A DNA stretch of 64,000 nt from an uncultured Candidatus Babeliaceae bacterium (GTDB taxonomy: Bacteria > Babelota > Babeliae > Babelales > Babelaceae), in NCBI GenBank assembly GCA_963704655.1, contig OY969927.1, positions 928,001 to 992,000 of the forward strand, written 5' to 3'. Each line of letters begins with the position of its first letter. Within the stretch, counting starts at the first letter, position 1. This document shows positions 1 to 10,274 of this stretch, piece after piece. The notes below the pieces were generated by a model that had not been told where the DNA came from, did no database searches, and saw only the letters and a list, made by a program, of their open reading frames with translations. The position numbers were made by a program, and so were the translations under genes.

Positions 1-160
1 TTTAATTCTTGAGCTTAAAAAATTCCATATCATAGCGCAGCTATAAAAGTCTTGATTATTTTGAAACAAAAAATATAAGTTAGCTCAGTATGAATATTCA
101 ATACATTGTATTTGACGTTTTAGCGTAAAACAGAAACGGCATGTGACAAGCCCAGGTGTA

Positions 161-198
161 GCAGCCCTAAAATTAAATTCCTTAGGGCTGCCTTTTTT
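161..198. terminator. Intrinsic terminator-like hairpin
   Basis: GCAGCCCTAA...TTAGGGCTGC stem followed by a T-run on +; lies just beyond the stop of the convergent 203..1042 gene. Confidence 0.6.
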
Positions 199-202
199 AT
201 TA

Positions 203-1042
203 TTAAGCTTTTTTAAGAACAACAAAGCTTACACAGCTGTTATAAACTTCTGGGCTATATAAAATGTTGGCATCTCTATTTTTTCTTTGATATAAAACTG
301 CGCCTGTTTCTTCTGAATAGATAATTTTATTTTCATTATCAATAATTACGTTATCAACAGGTACAAAATATTCTTTTACAAGATTAAGAAAATCTACCAA
401 ACAGAACGACAAAGGAGATTTTTGAATTAAACCGAGCTTAACAACAGATTGCTCTAAATCATTCCAGTTATTATGCGGTGTAACTGGTACGTTTTTGTCC
501 CACTGTTCATCTAGCGTCAACACCAAAACGCCATCATCCTTAAGAACTCGACACGCCTCTTGAATTGATTTAATAAAGATTGGGTACGGTATATGCTCAA
601 AGGTGCTGATGCAATAAGCTACATCAAACTCTTTGTCTGCAAATTCGAGTTTTGACATATCCATATGCATGACATCATAATTTTTGCCATGTATGACTTC
701 TTTTTTTATTCTTCCATCTGCATCAATTGCAACATAATATGCTGGGTGCAATTTATCAACAACATGTTTATACCAGTTGTATTGTGATGGCAAACCTGCA
801 CCTAAATCGATAACTTTTTTATCTTTAACCGTTACTACTTTACTCACCCAATAATATTCAAACGGCCTACTGCCCCAATTTCCCCATAAAATCCCCTGTA
901 AAATTGGGTCTGATTTTTTTATTACGCCCAAATGCTTTTCTTCACGTTTATCTTTTAAATGTGCATTTGCTACTATTTCATTAAAACATGCTATCACTGC
1001 TAATAATTGAATCGCTACAAATAAATTTAATTTTTTAATCAT
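203..1042 (-). CDS. Class I SAM-dependent methyltransferase (Methyltransf_11-like) with signal peptide
   Basis: VIDLGAG motif I, FDVAYCISTFEHI, RVLKDDGVLVLT; hydrophobic N-terminus. Confidence 0.8.
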   Translation of the reverse strand: MIKKLNLFVAIQLLAVIACFNEIVANAHLKDKREEKHLGVIKKSDPILQGILWGNWGSRPFEYYWVSKVVTVKDKKVIDLGAGLPSQYNWYKHVVDKLHPAYYVAIDADGRIKKEVIHGKNYDVMHMDMSKLEFADKEFDVAYCISTFEHIPYPIFIKSIQEACRVLKDDGVLVLTLDEQWDKNVPVTPHNNWNDLEQSVVKLGLIQKSPLSFCLVDFLNLVKEYFVPVDNVIIDNENKIIYSEETGAVLYQRKNRDANILYSPEVYNSCVSFVVLKKA

Positions 1043-1255
1043 ATTATTCTTCCTTTTTATTTTTTAACAAAAAAATTGTACCTAACCACTACAGCGTCGT
1101 GCAAATCCTTCCTTCTAAAATGTTAATTCTCAGAGCATTATAGTTTAAAGTATTTTTTTTTCCAAATAAGCCGCATGTAATTAAAATTGCATCTTGCATA
1201 ATAAGAAAATAAGTTCTAAAATCTGTTCGATTTATTAAAACTTCTAAAGGAACGC

Positions 1256-2128
1256 ATGAAAACAATAAAAAATATTTTTGTTCTATTTTTTTTAACGTTA
1301 TTGCAACTACTTGAAGGCGCATCTTTAAATTTGGTTGTTTTTTCTCGCAACAGACCATTACAACTGTACACTTTCTTAGAATCATTTCTTGTTAATACCA
1401 CAGGCTGCCAGAGAATAAATATCATTTATCGAGCAGATACACCAGAATTTAAATTAGGCTACCAAATTGTTCAGCAAGACTTCCCGCAGGTGAATTTTAT
1501 TAAACAAAGAGGCACAGCAGACTTTAAAGAGCTCACATTAAAAGCTATCGACTTTGATGAAGAGGATTTTATTATCTTTGCTGTTGACGACATTATCGTA
1601 ACGCGTAAAATCGATTTCGATGAAATTACAAAGCACTTAGAAACATTTGATTGTAATGGCTTTTATCTTCGCCTCGGGCAGCATATTACTGAATGCTATA
1701 GTGAACACAGAGTCACCGGTACCCCGCCACTCAAAGAGATTGTTCCGGGGGTATTGTGCTGGAACTTTAAAAATGGCACAGGTGATTGGGGCTACCCAAA
1801 TACTGTTGATATGACCGTTTATAGAAAAAAGGACCTTAAGAAAATCTTTGTCATGTTACCATTTACCAACCCAAATACGCTTGAAGGCAACTGGGCCGGA
1901 TTGGCATCAAAAAATCCATTAGGGCTTTGTTACAAAGAAGCAGCTGTTGTTAACTGCCCCCTTAATATTGTACAGAGCACTTTTAATAATCGGCACAGCA
2001 ATGAATGCACCCCTGAAGAACTTTTAGAACTCTTTTTAGACGGTTATAAAATGGATATTGGCCCATTACAAAATATCAAAAACAAAGCGCCGCATATGGA
2101 TTATAAACCGACATTTATAAAAAGATGA
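1256..2128 (+). CDS. Putative GT-A fold glycosyltransferase with signal peptide
   Basis: LVVFSRNRPLQL, FAVDDIIV (DD motif); context in glycan cluster. Confidence 0.6.
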   Translation: MKTIKNIFVLFFLTLLQLLEGASLNLVVFSRNRPLQLYTFLESFLVNTTGCQRINIIYRADTPEFKLGYQIVQQDFPQVNFIKQRGTADFKELTLKAIDFDEEDFIIFAVDDIIVTRKIDFDEITKHLETFDCNGFYLRLGQHITECYSEHRVTGTPPLKEIVPGVLCWNFKNGTGDWGYPNTVDMTVYRKKDLKKIFVMLPFTNPNTLEGNWAGLASKNPLGLCYKEAAVVNCPLNIVQSTFNNRHSNECTPEELLELFLDGYKMDIGPLQNIKNKAPHMDYKPTFIKR

Positions 2129-2137
2129 GCAATAGCA

Positions 2138-2212
2138 CGCTAACCCTTCGACGAGCTCAGGATGAGCGAGCGTTTACTGCTGAGCGCTAGTCGAGGCATC
2201 AGGATGAGCGCC
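2138..2212 (+). repeat. Composite palindromic REP-like element (family A with nested unit)
   Basis: CGCTAACCCTTCGACGAGCTCAGGATGAGCG plus TGCTGAGCGCTAGTCGAGGCA; core recurs at 27846, 31708, 60961, 62087. Confidence 0.85.
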
Positions 2213-2252
2213 GGTTGGATAGCACAAAGTTTAAGTTGAAAAAGAGAGAGTA

Positions 2253-3077
2253 ATGAAACAAAATTATATTTTAAGTTTTTTAGCACTTACTATCTTGAGC
2301 ATTCAAGCCGTTATTGAGTGGGAGATCGTTATACCAACATATAATAACCAAGAATGGTGCATTAAAAATATAGAGTCGGTCGTTAAACAAACCTACCCAT
2401 ACTGGCACGCAACTATTATTGTAGACTGTGCAACAGATAAAACAGAAGAATTACTACGTGAATTTGTAGCAATGTATCATCTTGAACATAAAATAACTAT
2501 CATCGTTAATAAAGAAAACCAAGGTGCCCTAGCAAATATTTACTACGCAGTAACAGCATGCGCACCACATAAAGTTGTCGGCCTTCTTGATGGTGACGAT
2601 TGGCTCGCAGACAATGAGGTTTTAGAGTATCTTTCTGAGATATATGAAAAGAAAAATATCTGGATGACATTTGGTCAATTTGAACTTTGGCCAGAAAACC
2701 GCATTGGTCACTGTCGCCCATATCAAAAAGACATTATAAAAGAAAATAAATTCAGACTGCTCAACGGCCTATTGCCTTCACACTTTAGAACATTTTATGC
2801 GTGGCTCTTCCAATTAATTAAAAAAGAAGATTTGCTCTACAAAGGTAAATTCTTTCCGGTAACTTGGGACCTTGCCATGATGTTCCCTATGATCGAAATG
2901 GCCGGCAAGCACCATAAATGCATATCTAAAGTACTTTATATCTACAACATACAAAACCCGTTAAATGATTTTAAAATTCATACCAAACTTCAAACAAAAC
3001 TTAATTACTTAATTCGTTCAAAAAAAAGATATCAACCACTTAAAGAAAAACCAATTTTCTCAAGGGAAAAGTCATGA
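2253..3077 (+). CDS. Glycosyltransferase family 2 with signal peptide
   Basis: IVIPTYN, IIVDCATD, LLDGDDWL motifs. Confidence 0.85.
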   Translation: MKQNYILSFLALTILSIQAVIEWEIVIPTYNNQEWCIKNIESVVKQTYPYWHATIIVDCATDKTEELLREFVAMYHLEHKITIIVNKENQGALANIYYAVTACAPHKVVGLLDGDDWLADNEVLEYLSEIYEKKNIWMTFGQFELWPENRIGHCRPYQKDIIKENKFRLLNGLLPSHFRTFYAWLFQLIKKEDLLYKGKFFPVTWDLAMMFPMIEMAGKHHKCISKVLYIYNIQNPLNDFKIHTKLQTKLNYLIRSKKRYQPLKEKPIFSREKS

Positions 3078-3916
3078 AGAAAATACTAAAGACTCTATTG
3101 CTCTTTCTCATTGCTTGTCCATTGGCATTAAGCAGTTTTACTGAATTTGAAATGGTTATTCCAACTTATAATAATGAACAATGGTGCATTAAAAACCTTG
3201 AGGCGTTAGTGCAGCAAACCTACCCCCATTGGCATGCAACTATTATTGTAGATTGCGCAACAGACCGTACCGCAGAACTTCTAACTGAGTATATTATCAA
3301 TAATAATTTACAAGACCAAGTTACCCTTATTATTAACACAGAAAGATGTGGTGCGCTTGCAAACATTTATTATGCAGCAAAGGCCTGTCCACCACATAAA
3401 GTAATTTGCCTATATGATGGCGATGATTTTCTGGCAGATGATGAAGTTTTAGCTTATTACGCAGATCTTTATGACACGCATGATATCTGGGTAACCTATG
3501 GGCAATTCCAATTATGGCCCAGTGGTGTTCATGGCTGGTGCTCCCCATATTCACAGTATGTCATTAAAAATAATCTCTTTAGACAAGTACAGGATATACC
3601 ATCACACTTTAGAACCTTTTATGCATGGCTCTTTCATAAAATAGACAAAGGAGACCTTCTTTATCATGGTGATTTTTATAAAATGACCTGGGATATGGCT
3701 ATTATGTTTCCGCTTATGGAAATGGCTGCAGAACGTCACTATTTTGTTTCTAGAATCACGTATCTCTATAATGAGTCAAATCCTTTAAACGATCACAAAG
3801 TCGATAAAAAGTTACAACAAAAGCTTGGCAAGATTATTAGATCTAAGCCTTACTATCAACGCCTTGATTATAAATATGTTCCAAACAAGGGCAAACAAAA
3901 AATGAAGCGAGGGTAA
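3074..3916 (+). CDS. Glycosyltransferase family 2 with signal peptide (paralog of 2253..3077)
   Basis: MVIPTYN, YDGDDFL, shared PSHFRTFYAWLF; ATGA overlap. Confidence 0.85.
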   Translation: MKKILKTLLLFLIACPLALSSFTEFEMVIPTYNNEQWCIKNLEALVQQTYPHWHATIIVDCATDRTAELLTEYIINNNLQDQVTLIINTERCGALANIYYAAKACPPHKVICLYDGDDFLADDEVLAYYADLYDTHDIWVTYGQFQLWPSGVHGWCSPYSQYVIKNNLFRQVQDIPSHFRTFYAWLFHKIDKGDLLYHGDFYKMTWDMAIMFPLMEMAAERHYFVSRITYLYNESNPLNDHKVDKKLQQKLGKIIRSKPYYQRLDYKYVPNKGKQKMKRG

Positions 3917-3922
3917 CCCATT

Positions 3923-4819
3923 ATGATCTACAAAACTGAATCACCTTTAATCACCACAACCGTGCACCCTGAGTGTCCGTCGCCGCTCGTGGTGAGCGAA
4001 GTCAAGACAGTGCGTTTCGCACCATCCATAGCGAAGACGGATGTATCGAAGGGCTGGTATGCGAATTTTTATCTCATACTATTTTTTATACTTGGCATTC
4101 AAAGCACCACTTTATCGGCTGCGCGTGTGGCATTATGCGCAGTAGCAACAGGGAGATACGATGTCTTTGCCGAACAACTTATAGAATCTGCACGACAATA
4201 TTTTTGTACCGAGCATGATGTGCATTATTTCATCTTTACCGATGGAACCATAACCCCAGCGCCAGATGTTACCACTGTTTTCCAAAAACGTCTTGGCTGG
4301 CCGCGTGACACGTTAATGCGTTTTTCAATTTACTTGCAGCACAAAGACCTTTTTGACTCATTTGATTACATTTACGCAACGGATGCAGACATGCTCTTTG
4401 TAGCGCCTGTTGATAGCGAAATTTTATCAGATTTGGTTGGAACTAAACACCCTGGTTATATAAAAAGGCGTGGCACCTATGAAGAAGGCAACAAACTATC
4501 AACAGCCTATGTTGCACGCCATGAAGGAAAATACTACTTTGCCGGCGGTTTTTATGGCGGTTCAAGAGAAAATTTCTTTAAGATGCTCCAGACACTGGTA
4601 GATAATATAGAAACAGATCTTCAAAAGAACTTTATAGCCGTCTGGCATGACGAAAGTCATATTAACCGCTATTTTATCGATAATCCACCAACAAAAATCT
4701 TATCTCCAGCCTACTGTTGTCCAGAAAACGTTAATCCAAACTACTATGACCCTGCAATTCTTCGCCTGAAAAAAAAGCTTATCGCACTGGACAAAAACCA
4801 TAGTGAATTAAGGAAATAA
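3923..4819 (+). CDS. Glycosyltransferase family 6 (ABO/alpha-1,3-Gal(NAc)T-like) with in-frame palindromic insertion at the N-terminus
   Basis: AVATGRY, YFIFTD, TDADM (DxD), YYFAGGFYGG, AVWHDESHINRY. Confidence 0.85.
   Translation: MIYKTESPLITTTVHPECPSPLVVSEVKTVRFAPSIAKTDVSKGWYANFYLILFFILGIQSTTLSAARVALCAVATGRYDVFAEQLIESARQYFCTEHDVHYFIFTDGTITPAPDVTTVFQKRLGWPRDTLMRFSIYLQHKDLFDSFDYIYATDADMLFVAPVDSEILSDLVGTKHPGYIKRRGTYEEGNKLSTAYVARHEGKYYFAGGFYGGSRENFFKMLQTLVDNIETDLQKNFIAVWHDESHINRYFIDNPPTKILSPAYCCPENVNPNYYDPAILRLKKKLIALDKNHSELRK
3960..4053 (+). repeat. Nested palindromic element inside the GT6 coding sequence
   Basis: CCGTGCACCCTGAGTG...GCGAAGACGGATGTATCGAAGGG shared with 23395-23475 and 30300-30412; inner module shared with 53944-54016. 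Confidence 0.85.
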
Positions 4820-4820
4820 T

Positions 4821-5642
4821 ATGAAAAATATAACATTACCATCACTCTTATTTTTTACGCTTATTTTTTGTGCTGTTGCACCACTACAAGCCTACAAAAA
4901 ATTTGTCATACTCATTGCATCATATAATAATGAAAAATGGGCAGAAAAAAACATTGTTTCAGCTTTCCAAAACTACCCAGAAAACAATTACAGAATTATT
5001 TTTATTGATGATTGCTCAACAGATAGAACATTAAATGTAGTAGCCAAAACAGTAAAAAAACATAAAAAAGAACATTTAGTTACTATGATTCATAATGTCA
5101 AACGCCAAGGAGCTATGTATAACCACTGGTACGTTATTAATAACTATATTGCCGACGATGAAATTGTCATAATCCTAGATGGTGATGACCTCCTGGCAGG
5201 TGACGGCGTTTTAAAGTTCCTTGATGATATTTATACAAAAAATGATGTCTGGCTCACCTATGGCCAATTTAAACACATTTATAATAAAGATACGGGCTTT
5301 AATCGGGAAATGCCGGAACGTATTGTAAAAAATAACAGCTTCAGAGCATGGATACATGTTCCATCACATCTCAGAACTTTCTACGCAAAGCTTTATAAAA
5401 ATATAAAAATGGAAGACCTTATGCTTGACGGTCAATTTTTTGAAATGTGTGCTGATATGGCGACTATGATCCCCATGATAGAACAAGCCAGGGATCACTT
5501 TAAATTTATTTCAAAAATTTTGTATTTCTATAACGACAACAACCCAATAAGTGACCATAAAAAAAGCGTCGCGTTACAACAAAAGATCGACAAATATGTC
5601 AGAACATTACCCATATACCAACCATTAGAAAAGCTCTTTTAA
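4821..5642 (+). CDS. Glycosyltransferase family 2 with signal peptide
   Basis: ILIASYNN, FIDDCSTD, ILDGDDLL, PSHLRTFYA. Confidence 0.85.
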   Translation: MKNITLPSLLFFTLIFCAVAPLQAYKKFVILIASYNNEKWAEKNIVSAFQNYPENNYRIIFIDDCSTDRTLNVVAKTVKKHKKEHLVTMIHNVKRQGAMYNHWYVINNYIADDEIVIILDGDDLLAGDGVLKFLDDIYTKNDVWLTYGQFKHIYNKDTGFNREMPERIVKNNSFRAWIHVPSHLRTFYAKLYKNIKMEDLMLDGQFFEMCADMATMIPMIEQARDHFKFISKILYFYNDNNPISDHKKSVALQQKIDKYVRTLPIYQPLEKLF

Positions 5643-5657
5643 TTTAAGGAAAATTAA

Positions 5658-6371
5658 ATGATAAAAAATTATTATATTCCATTATTACTATTCGGTTTTA
5701 ATACCCTCAACAGCACAACAATATACGATTTACTTAAAAAAAATACGCTCGTTTTTGATATAGGTGCCCATGTTGGAGATAAAACTAAAAAATATCAGGA
5801 AATGGGCTGTAAAGTTGTATGCTTTGAACCAAATCCAAAAAATACAAAAATATTGAAACGGCTATTTAATAAGAATCCTCAGATCTCGATTGAAGAAACT
5901 GCTTTGGGCAATACAACAGGAACAATCCAATTAAATATATGCTCTGATGCAGATACTATATCAACATGTAATGAAAAATGGATGACCGGAAGATTTAATA
6001 AATATAAATGGGATAAAATTATTAGCGTACCTTTAACAACATTGGATGTCATGATTAAAAAACATGGGATACCAGATTTTTGTAAAATCGACGTCGAAGG
6101 TTTTGAAATTTCAGTCCTAGAAGGTCTTTCACAACCTATAAAATGCCTATCCTTTGAATTCACAAAAGAATTTATGGATGATGCAGTAAAATGTCTTAAT
6201 TACCTAAGAAAAATTGGGTTTGGATCATTTAATATAGCTTGCGGGGAATGTCCTGATTTTATTTTTTCAACTAATACTGATGATTATACGATTATGAATT
6301 ATATAAAGAAATCAAAAGATAAACTCTTATGGGGCGATATTTATGCATTTTCTAATAATATCTTATCTTAA
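5658..6371 (+). CDS. FkbM family methyltransferase
   Basis: FDIGAHVG, CFEPNP, KIDVEGFE; N-terminal leader. Confidence 0.9.
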   Translation: MIKNYYIPLLLFGFNTLNSTTIYDLLKKNTLVFDIGAHVGDKTKKYQEMGCKVVCFEPNPKNTKILKRLFNKNPQISIEETALGNTTGTIQLNICSDADTISTCNEKWMTGRFNKYKWDKIISVPLTTLDVMIKKHGIPDFCKIDVEGFEISVLEGLSQPIKCLSFEFTKEFMDDAVKCLNYLRKIGFGSFNIACGECPDFIFSTNTDDYTIMNYIKKSKDKLLWGDIYAFSNNILS

Positions 6372-6398
6372 CTCTCAATAAATTAATCAAGGAAAATA

Positions 6399-7118
6399 AT
6401 GATTTTTTTATATTTATTTCTCTCTATTAACTTTTTATTTATCAATACTTCAGAATGCAAAATAATAAGTTTTAAAGAGCCCAGAAATGCTCTTAAAATT
6501 GTAAAAAGGTATCTTCCTGAAAATCCTATAATTTTGGAAGCAGGTTCTTTCGATGGAGAAGATACCCTCTACGTTGCAAAATTCTGGCCACAATCAACCA
6601 TTTATTCATTTGAACCAGTACCACAGATTTATAAAAAATTCTGCAGAAATACAAAAAATTGTTCACAAATTAAAGGATTTAATATAGCTCTTGGTGATTC
6701 ATGTGGTAAAAAATCTTTCTACGTTTCTTCAGATAAAAATTCACCACACATTCCGTCACAATCATCTTCATTATTACCACCAAAAGAACATTTAGATTAT
6801 GCGCCACATATTCAATTTAATAAAATCATTGAAGTTAATTGCTTCACGATTGATGCTTGGGCAGCAGAAAACAATATTAAAAACATCGATCTTATGTGGC
6901 TTGATATGCAAGGCAATGAACTCGAAACGCTGCAAGCTTCGCCAGAAATTTTAAAAACAGTTAAAGCTATAATTACCGAAGTAGAATTTGTTGAAGCATA
7001 TGAAGGTCAATCGCTCTATAGGGATGTTAAAGATTGGCTCGAAGCTCAAGGTTTTACCATGATCGCATTGAGCACAACAGCCGAATGGTTTGGCGATGCA
7101 ATATTTATCAGACTATAG
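6399..7118 (+). CDS. FkbM family methyltransferase
   Basis: LEAGSFDG, SFEPVP, WLDMQGNE, YEGQSLY; hydrophobic leader. Confidence 0.9.
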   Translation: MIFLYLFLSINFLFINTSECKIISFKEPRNALKIVKRYLPENPIILEAGSFDGEDTLYVAKFWPQSTIYSFEPVPQIYKKFCRNTKNCSQIKGFNIALGDSCGKKSFYVSSDKNSPHIPSQSSSLLPPKEHLDYAPHIQFNKIIEVNCFTIDAWAAENNIKNIDLMWLDMQGNELETLQASPEILKTVKAIITEVEFVEAYEGQSLYRDVKDWLEAQGFTMIALSTTAEWFGDAIFIRL

Positions 7119-7128
7119 GATTTTTAAC

Positions 7129-8163
7129 ATGGTTAATAGATGTATAAATTCTAAATCATTTATCATTCTTCTAACTCTTACTAATTTTTTAACAGTAACT
7201 TTAGAAAGTATAAACCTAAATGCAGTAAGAAAATTTAAGAAAAAGTACAATGGAATTTCTATTTTTTATAAAAGTCCACACCAAGGCCTAACATCATCTG
7301 TAATTAGAGGACTTTCTAAATTGGAAATACCCTATAACATCAATCCAAATGATAAAAAGGACATTAAAGAGGTTTTCTTATGTCTTCAAGATGCAAGCCT
7401 CTTAAGAATGGGTATAAAACTTAAAGAAAAGAATCTTATAAAAAAATTAATAGTTGGTCCAAATATGTTTGCAAGAGCATATGAAGAAAATCACCTTCTT
7501 GCCAATAAAAATATAGACAAATATTTAGTCCCATCAGAGTGGACACGAATTGCCTGTACGCAAGATGAGCCCGCCGTGAAAGATACAATTAAAGTTTGGC
7601 CTGCAGGAGTTGATTCAGAATATTGGAAACCAGAACCAAAAAAAGAAACATTTCAAGTTCTTATATATTGGAAAACTGAGTCTCAAGAATTTTGCGATCA
7701 AGTAAAAAATATTCTTTTAAACTATGGTTGGCAGCCTATAGTTATAAAATATGACCACTATAACCATGAACACTATAAAAAGCTATTAAATAAAGTTAAA
7801 TTTGCAGTTTTTTTAAGTAAATCAGAATCACAAGGTCTTGCTCTTGCAGAATGTTGGTCCATGAATATTCCGACCCTAGTTTGGGATCCAAAAGAGCTTT
7901 TTTATTTGGGAAAACATTATGATCCGGTAACATCATGCCCTTTTTTAACAGAACAAACAGGAAAAAGCTGGAAAAAACTGAGCGAATTAGAAGAACTTTT
8001 AACAACAATGAAATCGTATTGGCCAGAATTTAATCCGCGAGAATGGGTTCTTGATAATATGACAGATGAGGTATCAGCAAGCTTATTGCTAGAAATTATA
8101 TATTCAAAAAAAAATAAAACAATTCATGAGGATATAGAAAATAACGAAACAATATCAAGTTAA
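7129..8163 (+). CDS. GT-B fold (GT4-like) glycosyltransferase
   Basis: SESQGLALAECWSMNIP resembles the GT4 E-x7-E motif; start set at ATG 7129 after AGGA. Confidence 0.7.
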   Translation: MVNRCINSKSFIILLTLTNFLTVTLESINLNAVRKFKKKYNGISIFYKSPHQGLTSSVIRGLSKLEIPYNINPNDKKDIKEVFLCLQDASLLRMGIKLKEKNLIKKLIVGPNMFARAYEENHLLANKNIDKYLVPSEWTRIACTQDEPAVKDTIKVWPAGVDSEYWKPEPKKETFQVLIYWKTESQEFCDQVKNILLNYGWQPIVIKYDHYNHEHYKKLLNKVKFAVFLSKSESQGLALAECWSMNIPTLVWDPKELFYLGKHYDPVTSCPFLTEQTGKSWKKLSELEELLTTMKSYWPEFNPREWVLDNMTDEVSASLLLEIIYSKKNKTIHEDIENNETISS

Positions 8164-8200
8164 AAAAACTTAGTGAAGCAATTTAAAAAAAGGAAATTCA

Positions 8201-9328
8201 ATGAACAAAAATCTTTTCTTACCCCTTTTAGTACTATTTTCAACGGCACTATGCAGTAATTATATACTTGAAAATAATGACCAGCCTATAGTATATATTT
8301 ATGCAAACAATAGCAAATACTCGGAGAGTGCTCTTGATTCATTAAATAAATTTAATATTAAATTTAAAGTGGTTGATACAATAAATAATACAAATGATCA
8401 AAATCTTTATATAATTTTTGATGTTTTTAATATAAATAAAAGCGACTTGCCAAAATACTATATATCTTATCAATCATTAGATTTAACCAATAATCAATTA
8501 ACCAACGAATATTTAGATAAACTCGCAAACTCGGTTGCCGTTTGGGACTATAGTAAAAAAAATATTCATAAATATAACTCTAGAATTTATAATTATTACT
8601 ATTTTCCCAAAAATTATAAAAATGCAGACCCTGTTATTTTACCTTGCTTCATGCCTGTTTCCACACTTTCCGACTATAAAAAACTTTTAATATACAGCAA
8701 TCAGAAAGACACAGATATTTCAAGTCACCTTCCAGCACTATTTTGTCATACCGTATTACAAAATCCAAAAATCATAGTTGAAGCTGGCGTTAGAGGCGGT
8801 GAATCAACTATACCTTTTAGAGAATCCCTAAAATTTTGCGATGCAAAACTTATCGGAATTGATATAGAAAAAACTGCAGCTAAACCCTACAGCGAAATAG
8901 AACAAGCAATTTTTTTACTAATGGATGATTTAGATTTTAATACTTATCTGAAAAACAGCCCATTTAATAACAAAAAAATGGATATAATTTTTATCGACAC
9001 AACACACGAATATGAACAAACAATAAAAGAGATAGCCTTATTTGAGCCTCTTTTAGCCGACAATGGCTTTTTATCATTCCACGATTCAAATGTTACACCA
9101 CTTGCCGATGCTGGCTACATTCGGCTCAATGGAACCTCAGATAAGGCCCATGGAAACCCACGCGGCGTTCCTCAAGCAATTAAGGAATATTTTTCTCTAG
9201 AATTCGATGAATATAATTATTTTAATTCAAATTTTATTAGAGATGGCGTTGTTTGGAATATAACTCATTATCCATTTTGCAATGGCTTAACAATTATTAA
9301 AAAAATAATACAAAATCCAAATGTCTGA
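8201..9328 (+). CDS. Two-domain protein with C-terminal Methyltransf_24-like methyltransferase
   Basis: VEAGVRGGEST, IFIDTTHEYE, FHDS; signal-like N-terminus. Confidence 0.75.
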   Translation: MNKNLFLPLLVLFSTALCSNYILENNDQPIVYIYANNSKYSESALDSLNKFNIKFKVVDTINNTNDQNLYIIFDVFNINKSDLPKYYISYQSLDLTNNQLTNEYLDKLANSVAVWDYSKKNIHKYNSRIYNYYYFPKNYKNADPVILPCFMPVSTLSDYKKLLIYSNQKDTDISSHLPALFCHTVLQNPKIIVEAGVRGGESTIPFRESLKFCDAKLIGIDIEKTAAKPYSEIEQAIFLLMDDLDFNTYLKNSPFNNKKMDIIFIDTTHEYEQTIKEIALFEPLLADNGFLSFHDSNVTPLADAGYIRLNGTSDKAHGNPRGVPQAIKEYFSLEFDEYNYFNSNFIRDGVVWNITHYPFCNGLTIIKKIIQNPNV

Positions 9329-9376
9329 TTGTTGTAGCAAGCAATAAATCACATTTTAAAATTAGGTAAATTAACA

Positions 9377-10270
9377 ATGAATCAAAGACATATATATTTA
9401 TTTTTTTCAACTTTTTTTTCTTTTTTTAATGTTTATACGAATGACAAAATACTCATTATGACCTATGTTCATAGCCGACCGGATTTTATAGAACTTCATG
9501 TCAAAACATTTGATGTTTTTTTAGAAGAAGAATATGAATATGTGGTATTTAACGATGCACCAAACGATGTTATGTGCAAAAAAGTTGAGCGCACCTGCAA
9601 AAAACTTGGAGTGAAATGCTTCCGTATCGACCCAAGGCTACATAATCGTCCCAATAACTCAGCTGGGCACAGACACATGGACGCAATCCAGTATTCATTA
9701 GACACCATTGGATATGATTATAATGGCGTAGTATTAATGGTCGATGCTGATATGTTTTTGATAAAACCCTTTAGCGTAAAAAGCTACATGGGTAAATATA
9801 ATTTTATTGGTGGTTATCAAGAACGAGCCGATTCGAATAAAAAAGTAATGTATTCTTTTCCAGGTCTTGTTTTTATGAATATGAAAAATTTACCAAATAA
9901 AAAAACTATTAGCTTTGAAGGTGGTGAAGTCGAGGGGATACCCTGTGATGTCGGTGGCCACACCCATTATTATTTTAAAAACAACCCACATATAAAACTC
10001 AACTTATACACAATACAATCAACAGATCTTTTGCCACGAGATGAAAAAAAATTATTAAATATGGGTTTTGATGAAAATTCAATTAACTATATCTTTTCAC
10101 TCTCATATCCCTATGGAATGGAGTTCCATGCAGATGGAAACTTTCTTCATTACTACGCAGGTGGTTCTAATTGGCCAGAGTATAGTGCCGATTTCCTTCA
10201 AAAGAAAACAACCCTACTTAACGATTTTATAAACAAATCAATAAAAAATTATAAACAAGAAGGAAATTAG
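9377..10270 (+). CDS. Putative glycosyltransferase (paralog family 1 of 3)
   Basis: RPDFIEL, YVVFNDA, VDADMF (DxD), FLHYYAGGSNW. Confidence 0.6.
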   Translation: MNQRHIYLFFSTFFSFFNVYTNDKILIMTYVHSRPDFIELHVKTFDVFLEEEYEYVVFNDAPNDVMCKKVERTCKKLGVKCFRIDPRLHNRPNNSAGHRHMDAIQYSLDTIGYDYNGVVLMVDADMFLIKPFSVKSYMGKYNFIGGYQERADSNKKVMYSFPGLVFMNMKNLPNKKTISFEGGEVEGIPCDVGGHTHYYFKNNPHIKLNLYTIQSTDLLPRDEKKLLNMGFDENSINYIFSLSYPYGMEFHADGNFLHYYAGGSNWPEYSADFLQKKTTLLNDFINKSIKNYKQEGN

Positions 10271-10274
10271 TATA

